From: Nitrospinota bacterium
Lineage (GTDB): Bacteria; UBA8248
DNA length: 16,428 nucleotides
Assembly (NCBI GenBank): GCA_046581755.1
Contig: JAYGFR010000396.1
Span: 1-16,428, forward strand
Reading direction: 5' to 3'
The notes beneath the pieces are model-generated. The model saw only the letters and a program-made list of their open reading frames with translations. It did no database searches and was not told the DNA's origin. The translations under genes were made by a program, and so were the position numbers. This document shows positions 8,199 to 15,604 of the stretch, in pieces. The number at the start of each line of letters is the position of its first letter. Position 1 is the first letter of the stretch.

Positions 8199-9001
8199 AT
8201 GGGACTTCGGATCAATCAAAATATTGCCGCGCTGACCGCCGCGCGCACCCTTCAGGCAAAGCCGAAGGCGCTGGCTAAATCCATTCAGCGCCTCTCCACC
8301 GGAAAGCGCATCAACAGCGCGGCGGACGATCCGGCCGGGTCGATCGTCAGCGAGAACCTCAGGGTGCAGGCCGACGGCCTCGACCGGGATATTCAAACAA
8401 GCGGAACAGCGTGAATCGGCTTCGGACCGAGGACGCCAAGCTCGGCGGGGCGTTCGATCAGCTTCGCTCCATCAGGAACCGGGCGCTCGATGCGCTGAAT
8501 TCCGGGGCCTCGGACCCGGCGGCCCGCGCGGCGAACCAGGTCTCAGCGCGCTCTTCGGTCGATTCGGTCACGCGGACCCTCACCGGCATCGACACCACCG
8601 GCGAGGGGGTCAATTCCTCCGGTCTTTCCGATATCGCACAGAGCCTCGGGGGCATCGATCTGAGCACGGAAAGCGGCGCGAGGGACACGCTCGCCGCCGT
8701 CGATTTGGCCATCGAGAATTTGTCCACCTTCCGCAGCGAGGTGGGGTCGTTTCAGTCGAACAACCTCGAGTCGGGCATCCGCTCGCAAGAGGTGGCAGTG
8801 GAAAACCTCCGGGCCAGCGAGAGCGCTGTCCGGGATACGGATTTCGCCCAAGCGACGGTGGATTTTGTCCGCACCCGCGTCCAGTTCGAGGCGAATGTGG
8901 CGTTGCTCGCCCGGTCGAACAATGCATCCAAATCGATTCTCGATCTATTCGATTCATCCGGCGGCTCTTCTGGGCCCCGCCGGTATCTCGGCACCGCATA
9001 A
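8199..9001 (+). pseudogene. fliC: Flagellin-like gene, minimal (D0/D1 only), split by a frameshift near 8394-8398
   Basis: The N-terminus MGLRINQNIAAL...SIQRLSTGKRINSAADDPAG is a canonical flagellin N-domain (ORF 8199-8414). ORF 8411-9001 has the flagellin C-domain (RSEVGSFQSNNLES...ENLRASESAVRDTDFA). One extra A in CAAAC joins them as IQNKRNSVNRLRT. Confidence 0.8.
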
Positions 9002-9082
9002 CGCGCCAAGGAACCCCGCTTCCGGAACGGTTTGCGGCGGGTCGTTGCGTTCGTTTGCCGGTCATTTAGTAAAGGAGAAGGA

Positions 9083-9532
9083 ATGAACGTGAAGGCAACG
9101 GAAAAAAGGCGCTGGGCGGTGGTGGATTCCACCGCCATCGGAGTGGATAAAAAATACGAGCCGCCCCTGATTATCGCCTGGGGGGTGGACAGCCATGTGG
9201 TGGGGACGAAGACCATCACCATGGGCCGCACCATCATTCCTCCCAAGGCGCGGAACCAGCGCCACTATCACGTCTGCGACGCCACCTTTTATGTGGTGAG
9301 AGGCCCCATCGTCGTTTGGATGGGAGAGGAAAAAGAAGAGCACACCGTCCCGGCCGGGAACTTCATTTATGCGGCGGCGGGCGAGATTCACGGCCTTTAC
9401 AACCCGAGCGAAACCGAGGACGCCGAACTGATATTCACCTACGGGAATTGCCCGAACCGCGACGCGGCGCGGACGATCTACGTCGAGGACGCCTGGCAGG
9501 AAGAGGATAAGCGGGACAAAATCGGCGACTAG
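9083..9532 (+). CDS. Cupin-domain protein
   Basis: Cupin motif 1 (PPKARNQRHYHVCDATFYVVRG) and motif 2 (AGNFIYAAAGEIHGLYN). RBS AAGGAG precedes ATG 9083. Confidence 0.85.
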   Translation: MNVKATEKRRWAVVDSTAIGVDKKYEPPLIIAWGVDSHVVGTKTITMGRTIIPPKARNQRHYHVCDATFYVVRGPIVVWMGEEKEEHTVPAGNFIYAAAGEIHGLYNPSETEDAELIFTYGNCPNRDAARTIYVEDAWQEEDKRDKIGD

Positions 9533-9558
9533 AACCCCCCCCGGCGCATTGGGGCGCT

Positions 9559-9603
9559 AAAAAAATCGAGCCGGCCCGGATATTCCGGGCCGGCCGTTTT
9601 TTT
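9559..9603. terminator. Probable bidirectional intrinsic terminator
   Basis: A7, then stem GCCGGCCCGGA, loop TAT, TCCGGGCCGGC, then T7. It lies between the convergent cupin and TPR genes. Confidence 0.8.
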
Positions 9604-9728
9604 GGGGGCCGTTTTTTTGGAGGGGGAGAGGCTGCCGGTGCGCAAGGGCCAGCGGGCCTTCGGTTCTCTGAGTCTTCGGCCCAGGAGGGCTTCGGGCCAG
9701 CGGGCTTCGTCCCCCCGGGGTTTCGCCC

Positions 9729-10265
9729 CTAGTTGAGCAGGGAGAGCAGCTCCAGGAGTTGCGTGCGAAGGGATGCCTCCCCGGGCGCCCGCTTGAGGGC
9801 CTGATACAGTTCGCCGCAGGCCTGGCCGTATCTCGCGTGCGTCAGATGGATGCGGGCGATGTTCATGTAAGGGAAATGACGCGGCTCGTAGCGCGGCGCG
9901 GTCTTGGCTTTCTCGAACCACTCGGCCGCCTCGTCGATTTCTTTCAGTTCCATCAGGTAGCAGCCGATGTCGTTGTAGGGGTTTCCGAAGTCGGGATCGA
10001 CCTCGATCGCCAAATGGCATTCCTCGATCGCTTCCTCGAAACGGTCTTGCGCACTGTACATCCATCCCAGATAGGTATGCGCGTCCGCCGTCGGGCAAAA
10101 AGCGATGGAATTTTTATAGAGGTCGATGGCGCGGTCGATATCGCCGTTTTTGTGGCATTCGCCCGCCTCGCTCAAAAATTCGAGCGCACGGCTCAGGTCG
10201 ACGTTGATCCGGGCCTCTTTTTCATATTTGTCTTCGAAGGACTCCGTGAAAAAATTTTCTTTCAA
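9729..10265 (-). CDS. Tetratricopeptide repeat protein
   Basis: TPR units ADAHTYLGWMYSAQDRFEEAIEECHLAIEVDPD and GNPYNDIGCYLMELKEIDEAAEWFEKA. Strong RBS GGAGGAG precedes the TTG. Confidence 0.85.
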   Translation of the reverse strand: MKENFFTESFEDKYEKEARINVDLSRALEFLSEAGECHKNGDIDRAIDLYKNSIAFCPTADAHTYLGWMYSAQDRFEEAIEECHLAIEVDPDFGNPYNDIGCYLMELKEIDEAAEWFEKAKTAPRYEPRHFPYMNIARIHLTHARYGQACGELYQALKRAPGEASLRTQLLELLSLLN

Positions 10266-10456
10266 CCCTTTCTCCTCCCGTCCTTGTTCCGGGGTGAGAT
10301 CCGCCGTCGGGCAAATGGTATCGCCGCTGGAGTTATTGTAGAGTTAAATGATCCGAAAAGCGAAGGCTCCGGTGCGCGCAGTCACTTCGGCGCTCTCGCC
10401 GGGCGGGATGACCAACCGCCCCATTCGAAAAAATCCTGAAACCGAATAGCCCGCAA

Positions 10457-10501
10457 CGAAAAAGGCTCCCCGCCTCTCAAGGAACCGGGGAGCCTTTTTC
10501 G
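10457..10501 (-). terminator. Intrinsic terminator downstream of the cytochrome c' gene
   Basis: Perfect 16-bp inverted repeat CGAAAAAGGCTCCCCG / CGGGGAGCCTTTTTCG with a 13-nt loop. The arms give a U-tract on both strands. Confidence 0.8.
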
Positions 10502-10529
10502 ATTGCCGGGCCGAAAATGAAGAAGCCGG

Positions 10530-11046
10530 CTATTTCTTCTTTTTCATCTTGGCCATCTTCTTGCGCCGCTTTTTCTTTACGCGGAAGGCCTTATGGCACC
10601 CTCCGCAGTTGGCGCCCAGGGTTTTGCTGCCGTTCTTGACGCCAGACATTTCCTGGTTGTCGGCCGCCAGGGCCAACAGTTCGGCCGATGAGGCCAGGTT
10701 GGCGGCGTTTTTGACAAACCCGCCCCATTTCGCCCAAATTTTCTCCGTCCCCCTGGTGACGCCACTCAGCGTCTCGTGCTTGAAGGCGCCCGGAATTTTC
10801 CGGGCGTTCTTGGCGAGATCCTGGGCGGCCCATTTGATCTGCCGCATGGGGCCGATCCCGCTTCCGGCCTGGACGGTGATCTTGATGCGTTTCAGGAGGG
10901 CACTGTTCGACCGCATGAGTTATTTCCGGGCCTCGATTTTCGGATGCTTGTACTGGAAAATCTGGCCCATGTCGGTGCAACCGGCGGCGAACCCGGTTGC
11001 CAGTACAGCCAACGCGAACGTCTTCCACAACCCGTATTTTTTTCAT
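10530..11046 (-). pseudogene. Class II cytochrome c (cytochrome c'-like), lipoprotein-type, disrupted by an extra A and an in-frame TAA
   Basis: C-terminal heme motif GANCGGCHKAFR and KIWAKWGGF are typical of cytochrome c'. Removing one A from the A7 run after ATG 11046 gives MKKYGLWKTFALAVLATGFAAG-C (lipobox)...IEARK*LMRSN, in frame with ORF 10530..10916. The TAA is at 10920-10922. Confidence 0.75.
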
Positions 11047-11263
11047 TCCTCTTCCGTTCCTTCAAATGAAAAAGTGAAACGTAGCGGTTGAACCCCTCCC
11101 CCAAGATCGGCACCGCGGAATCCATCGCAGACGGCGCTTTCGCAACGCGATTCGCCGCACGCGGCGTGGAACAGGTTTTTCGAAGAACGCGGGTAATTTA
11201 CCACATTCGGGGCGGGGGCCGAAAATTGGCCGGCCGGGCAGAAGCGGGCCGATTTGCAATCGT

Positions 11264-11301
11264 CCGGAAAAATCCGGTCCGCTTCGGCAGGATTTTTCCG
11301 G
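11264..11301. repeat. 12-bp inverted repeat (possible terminator after the VOC gene, or a regulator site)
   Basis: CCGGAAAAATCC (11264-11275) and GGATTTTTCCGG (11290-11301). Confidence 0.5.
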
Positions 11302-11341
11302 GGATATAATCGCCTTGGGCGATGGGCCCCAGCGATTCCGC

Positions 11342-11722
11342 TCATGAATCCAGGGGGGCGAACACCTCGACCAGGTTGTTGGAAGGGTCGCGGAAAAACA
11401 GCTGGCGCATGCCGATGGCGGCGTTGATGCCGTCCTTGACGGAAATGCCCGCCGACTCGATCCGGCGCTTCACGGCTTCGAGGTCGCCGCCCATGAGGGC
11501 AAAATGGGTCTCTCCCGCGCCGGTGCCCGGAATGCGGTGGCCGTTCTCCGCCTTGGATTTCCCCGTCAGGTGAAGCTGGCAGACACCGACCTGGAACCAA
11601 TAGCCGGGATTCGGCAGCGGAGGCCGGTCGATTTCGGCTAGTTCGAGAAGGCCGGCGTAAAAATCGCGCGCCTCCTCCAGGTCGTCCACGGCGATGGAGA
11701 TGTGGTGAATGCCCTCGAACAT
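11342..11722 (-). CDS. VOC / glyoxalase-family protein
   Basis: GIHHISIAVDDLEEARDFY, QLHL, THFAL and QLFFRDPSNNLVEV motifs. RBS AAAGGAG precedes ATG 11722. Confidence 0.9.
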   Translation of the reverse strand: MFEGIHHISIAVDDLEEARDFYAGLLELAEIDRPPLPNPGYWFQVGVCQLHLTGKSKAENGHRIPGTGAGETHFALMGGDLEAVKRRIESAGISVKDGINAAIGMRQLFFRDPSNNLVEVFAPLDS

Positions 11723-11813
11723 CGGGAAGCTCCTTTCGAATGGAATTCTCGCGGCCTTCGCCCCGCCGGGCCCGGGCGGTAGGCGATGGGCGGTTGTGCC
11801 GGCGGGTTCCGGA

Positions 11814-12611
11814 TCAAGGGCGCAGCGGCGCCATCGCGCAGCGGAATCCGATGATGTGGCTCCAGTGGGCGGGGTCCTTGCTGCTGCGGTAGGAGGAGCG
11901 AAAGCCATAGCGGTCGTCGCTCTGCCATGAGCATCCCCGGATGCCCCCCTTCGCTCCCGAGAGAGGGTCCCGGGGATTGAGCGCCGGCCCGCGCCGGTAG
12001 AATCTCTTGGCGTACCAGTCCGAGGTCCAGCCCCACACGTTTCCCTCCATGTCCACGGCGCCGAAGGGGCTCTCATGCGTGAGGTAGCTCCGGTCCACCG
12101 GATGCGTTCCGTAGCCGCTGTTCCAGTTCCAGATCACCTTCGAGGAATCCCATTTATCCCCCCACGGGTAGGTTTGCCCCTCGGTTCCCCGCTCGGCCTT
12201 TTCCCATTCCGCCTCGGTGGGGAGGCGCTTTCCGATCCAGCGGCAATAATTGTTTGCCTGCTTCCAGGTGATGCCGACAACGGGATGGCGGTCTTTGCGA
12301 AGGAGGGGCCCGAAGGATTCCCTCAGCTGCCCGAAGCGGCGAAATCGTTCAATCGTCAACGGGAATTTGTCGATGTAGTAGGCATCCAGGTACACTCGCC
12401 GCCTGGGGCGCTCGTCCCGGTATCCGGCGTCGCTTCCCATGATGAAAAAGCCCGCGGGCACGAGGAGCATGGGCGCTCCGTCGCGGCCCGAAATCCTTGC
12501 CGGAAGCGCCCTCGGGGCTCCCGGCTTTCCGGGGGGCCGCGCCGCCGCGGGGGCCGCCGGGATTGCCGCAAGAAGGAGTATTCCCGCACCCAACGCAATG
12601 AGGCCCCGCAT
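11814..12611 (-). CDS. Exported FGE-sulfatase (SUMF1/EgtB/PvdO-like) domain protein
   Basis: Signal peptide plus motifs VPAGFFIMGS, DERPRRRVYLDAYYIDK, HPVVGITW, KRLPTEAEWEKA, YPWG, DM.GNVW.W and GFRCA. RBS GAGGAGG. It is the real C-terminal part of the 940-aa track ORF. Confidence 0.88.
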   Translation of the reverse strand: MRGLIALGAGILLLAAIPAAPAAARPPGKPGAPRALPARISGRDGAPMLLVPAGFFIMGSDAGYRDERPRRRVYLDAYYIDKFPLTIERFRRFGQLRESFGPLLRKDRHPVVGITWKQANNYCRWIGKRLPTEAEWEKAERGTEGQTYPWGDKWDSSKVIWNWNSGYGTHPVDRSYLTHESPFGAVDMEGNVWGWTSDWYAKRFYRRGPALNPRDPLSGAKGGIRGCSWQSDDRYGFRSSYRSSKDPAHWSHIIGFRCAMAPLRP

Positions 12612-12679
12612 GGCAACCCTCCTCGAATTCGACGGTTTCCCTACATGGCACCCGATCCGGGCGGCGGCGGAACAGGGGG

Positions 12680-13519
12680 TCAGCCGGAAAACTCGGGCTC
12701 GGCTCCCTCCGGGACGATGCCCGCGGCCGCCGCGCGGGCGAGGAGGGTGCGGACGGCTTCGCGGCCCGCATCGCCGTAGGAGCGCGTCCAGCCGTTGACG
12801 TACATGCCCACGAAGGTGTCGGCCTTCTCGCGCGGAAGATCGCGCGCATAGGCCATGGCGTGATCGAGCGCCTCCTCCCTGTGTTCGAGCGCATAGACAA
12901 TGCTCTCGCCCAGGATGCGGCTCACCTCCCGGATGGCGTCCGGGCCCAGGTCCTTCCGGATGACGTTGCACCCCAGGGGGAGCGGCCCGCCCGTCTCGTT
13001 TTGCCACCACACACCCAGGTCCTCGACGAGGTGGAAGCCCTCCTCCTCGTAGGTGAGCTGTCCCTCGTGGATGAGCAGGCCGGCGGCGGCCTTTTCGTTC
13101 CGCACCTCGTCCATGATCGCGTCGAAGGGCACGACGCGGCGGCGGGGCTCCTCTCCGCCCAGGTAGAGGCGGAGCGTCAGGTAGGCCGTCGTCAAAAGGC
13201 CCGGCACGGCGATTTCGGCCCCGCAAAGCGCCTCCTTGGTCATGGGCTCCCGCGCGATGATGACCGGACCGTAGCCGTCCCCGAAACTCGCCCCGTGGGG
13301 GAGGATGGCGTAGCGATCGGCGATGTGGCAGTACCCGTGAAAACTCACCGCGCTGACCTCGTACGTGCCCTCGAAGGCGGCCTGGTTGAGGGTTTCGATG
13401 TCGCGAAGCTCGTGAATGAATTCGAAATCGCCGGTGTCGATCTTGCCGTTGGCGAGGGCGTGAAACATGAACGCGTCGTCCGAATCCGGGCTGTGTGCGA
13501 CGCGGATGGTCTGGGGCAC
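12680..13519 (-). CDS. mqnD: 1,4-dihydroxy-6-naphthoate synthase-like protein (MqnA/MqnD/SBP family; futalosine menaquinone pathway)
   Basis: Motifs AHSPDSDDAFMF, DIETLN, GYGP, AVPG..TTA, GLLIHEGQLTY, DLG.WW...TG.PLPLG and MYVN match MqnD-type proteins. Confidence 0.8.
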   Translation of the reverse strand: MPQTIRVAHSPDSDDAFMFHALANGKIDTGDFEFIHELRDIETLNQAAFEGTYEVSAVSFHGYCHIADRYAILPHGASFGDGYGPVIIAREPMTKEALCGAEIAVPGLLTTAYLTLRLYLGGEEPRRRVVPFDAIMDEVRNEKAAAGLLIHEGQLTYEEEGFHLVEDLGVWWQNETGGPLPLGCNVIRKDLGPDAIREVSRILGESIVYALEHREEALDHAMAYARDLPREKADTFVGMYVNGWTRSYGDAGREAVRTLLARAAAAGIVPEGAEPEFSG

Positions 13520-13525
13520 GAATGT

Positions 13526-14671
13526 TTATCCTTTCATGGCATCTGGCGGCGGTGAATCCTTGTAGTCTTTTCCCATCTTCGGGTAGTCGCCCCCGGCGGC
13601 GGCGCGGAGGAGCGCGCCGATCAAGGTGGCCATGGCGTCGAGGTCGGATTCCAAGAAAATTTCGGAGGGGCTGTGGGCGTTGCGGCGGGGAAGGTTCAGG
13701 GTCACGGTGGCCAGCCCGCCGGGAATGGATCGGCTCAGCGTGGCGGCGTCGGTGAACGTGCCTACGAAAGCGTCCTCCTGGAGCGGCACTCCCGCTTTCC
13801 TCGCGGCGCCGCGCACCCAAGCGGTCAACTCGCGCGGGGGCACGTGTCCGAGACGGCTTCCGGGCGAAAAATCGTAGCGTCTGAGAGCGGGCCCCCCGCC
13901 GAGGCGGACGCCGCGGGCGTCGGCCACGCCTTCGGGGCCCTCGGCGCCGACGGTATCGATCGCGATGGCGAGGTTGGGAGCGTGCCGGCCGATGGTGTGG
14001 CTGGCCGAGAGAACCGACGCTCCCCGGCCGCCGAGTTCTTCCTGGGCGCAAAAGGCGGCGCTGAGGCGGAGGCGGTTCGAGAGGGATTTCACATTCAGGA
14101 ACGCCTCGATGCAAAGGGAGCAGCCCGCGCGGTTGTCCACCGCCTTCGATTTCCAGGCGCCCCCCCGCATCTCCTGAAAGGGGCTGTGAAAGACGCCCTG
14201 CGTCCCCGGGCCGATGCCTAGGGCGCCGACCCCCTCTCCGTCCAGCTCGCCCAGGTCGATCCACATTTCGCGGACGCCGGGGTGTTCCTGCCCGTGAAGG
14301 GCCTGGAGGTGGCCCGCCCGGATGTTCACCACTCCCCGGTGGAGCGCGCCGTCCTCGGTGAGCAAGTCCATTTCCTGTCCCGGAAACGCGGCGTCCGCGA
14401 CGAGGCCTACCTTCTCGAAGCGCACCGCGCCTCCCGGCTCGACGCCCTGGACGACGATGCCCACCTCGTCCATGTGGCATTCGATCAGGATGTGGGGGAC
14501 GGTGTCCACGGCGCTGTGGCGGGCGATCAGGTTCCCGAAGGCGTCCGAGCGCAATACGTCGGCCGAGGGCCGGAGGATTTCGGCGATCCGCTCTCGAACG
14601 GCCTCCTCCCGGCCCGGCGGACCGGGAAGGGCGCAAAGCTCGCGCATGTGCTCGATCAGGCGGGAGACCAC
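13526..14671 (-). CDS. M42-family metallo-aminopeptidase
   Basis: PGPPGRE, DAFGN, HMDE.G, KAVDNRAG, QEELG.RGA, IAID and HSP.E metal-binding/catalytic motifs are all present. Confidence 0.88.
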   Translation of the reverse strand: MVSRLIEHMRELCALPGPPGREEAVRERIAEILRPSADVLRSDAFGNLIARHSAVDTVPHILIECHMDEVGIVVQGVEPGGAVRFEKVGLVADAAFPGQEMDLLTEDGALHRGVVNIRAGHLQALHGQEHPGVREMWIDLGELDGEGVGALGIGPGTQGVFHSPFQEMRGGAWKSKAVDNRAGCSLCIEAFLNVKSLSNRLRLSAAFCAQEELGGRGASVLSASHTIGRHAPNLAIAIDTVGAEGPEGVADARGVRLGGGPALRRYDFSPGSRLGHVPPRELTAWVRGAARKAGVPLQEDAFVGTFTDAATLSRSIPGGLATVTLNLPRRNAHSPSEIFLESDLDAMATLIGALLRAAAGGDYPKMGKDYKDSPPPDAMKG

Positions 14672-14681
14672 GGTTTTTTCC

Positions 14682-15353
14682 TCAATCGACGATGGCGATG
14701 GCCCGGACGGGCGAGGCCTCGGCGTCCATGATCTTAATGGGCAGCGCCATCATGAAAAAGCGCTCCTGGCCGATTTGGTCCAGGTTGTCGAGCCCCTCGA
14801 TGAGGACCACGTCCGCGCCCAGCATGACGTGGTGAACGTAGAACTCGCTCGAGTCGAAATCGGTCCGCCGGGCGTCGTACTCCTCGAAGAAGTCAAAGGC
14901 GATGGCCTTGGGTTTCCGCTCGACGAGCCATTCGGCGGCGGATACGTCGATGAATGGCGATTCGGTGTAGTATTCCATCGTGCCGAACATTTTATGGCCC
15001 CAGTCGGTCCGGACGACGATGATGTCGCCGGGCTTGCATTTTTCCTCCATCCCCTCGAAGTGCGTCCGCGTCATCTGGGCGTTGGGCTCGCCCATCTTGG
15101 TGAGGTCGAGCATGACCGCATCGCCCATGTAACAGTGGAAATCGACCTCGCCGATGGCCGGACCGTCCTTTTTCACGTGGAGCGTGCTGTCCACGTGCGA
15201 GCCCGTGTGGGCGCTCATCTCGAGCCAGGTCGCCTGCCAGTGGTGCTTGTCCGGGCCACGAAAGCCGGTGGTGTGCTTCACTTTTTGCGGGACGCCTGGA
15301 GGGATGGGAACCTCGCTCCTGATCTCGCAGCTGATATCGATATAACGCGGCAT
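14682..15353 (-). CDS. Cyclase-family metal-dependent hydrolase (kynurenine formamidase/KynB-like)
   Basis: HTGSHVD (HxGTHxD-type) motif, VVRTDW, H..LGADV.LIEGL.NL and LPIKI..AEASPVRAIA. RBS GGGAGGGG precedes ATG 15353. Confidence 0.88.
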   Translation of the reverse strand: MPRYIDISCEIRSEVPIPPGVPQKVKHTTGFRGPDKHHWQATWLEMSAHTGSHVDSTLHVKKDGPAIGEVDFHCYMGDAVMLDLTKMGEPNAQMTRTHFEGMEEKCKPGDIIVVRTDWGHKMFGTMEYYTESPFIDVSAAEWLVERKPKAIAFDFFEEYDARRTDFDSSEFYVHHVMLGADVVLIEGLDNLDQIGQERFFMMALPIKIMDAEASPVRAIAIVD

Positions 15354-15495
15354 GGCTAATTCCCCTCCCGGTAAAGTTGAATTTCCTGGATGCTGTCCGA
15401 TGTCGATGCGCCGGATGGCGGGAACGAATCCGCCCCGATAGTGGCATGCGGCGCTTCGGTTTGCCAAGTGGGAGGCTGCCGGGGAGAGTCCTTCG

Positions 15496-15563
15496 GGGCG
15501 CTCTCTTGGCCGCGGGTGATCTCTTGGCCGCGGGCGCTCTTTTGGCGGCGGGGGCTCTTGCCG
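15496..15563. repeat. About 3.7 copies of an 18-nt tandem repeat in a divergent promoter region
   Basis: GGGCGCTCTCTTGGCCGC / GGGTGATCTCTTGGCCGC / GGGCGCTCTTTTGGCGGC / GGGGGCTCTTGCCG. Confidence 0.85.
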
Positions 15564-15569
15564 TATGAT
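15542..15569 (+). promoter_or_regulatory. Putative sigma70 promoter of the redoxin gene
   Basis: TTGGCG-N16-TATGAT, ending 35 nt upstream of ATG 15605. Confidence 0.4.
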
Positions 15570-15604
15570 GCGCGCACCCATGCACGGGGTTCGGGGAGGA
15601 AGCG

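Noticed and set aside
8412..8414. Flagellin TGA as a second selenocysteine codon
   Set aside because: Flagellin similarity continues in a different frame, and the position is not a Cys site.
9592..9705. Short direct repeats GGCCGTTTTTTTGG x2 and GGGCCAGCGGGC x2 after the terminator
   Set aside because: They are short, low-complexity local duplications with no supportable function.
10920..10922. Stop-codon reassignment or read-through at the cytochrome TAA
   Set aside because: TAA ends other genes in the window normally (e.g. 5320, 9001, 13526), and TAA is not a Sec or Pyl codon.
11814..14636. 940-aa minus-strand ORF as one giant protein
   Set aside because: The upstream part is Arg/Pro/Gly-rich off-frame translation overlapping mqnD and the M42 gene. 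Only 11814-12611, with its own RBS and signal peptide, is protein-like.
15496..15563. CRISPR array
   Set aside because: The units are 18 nt and abut with no unique spacers, and there are no cas genes.
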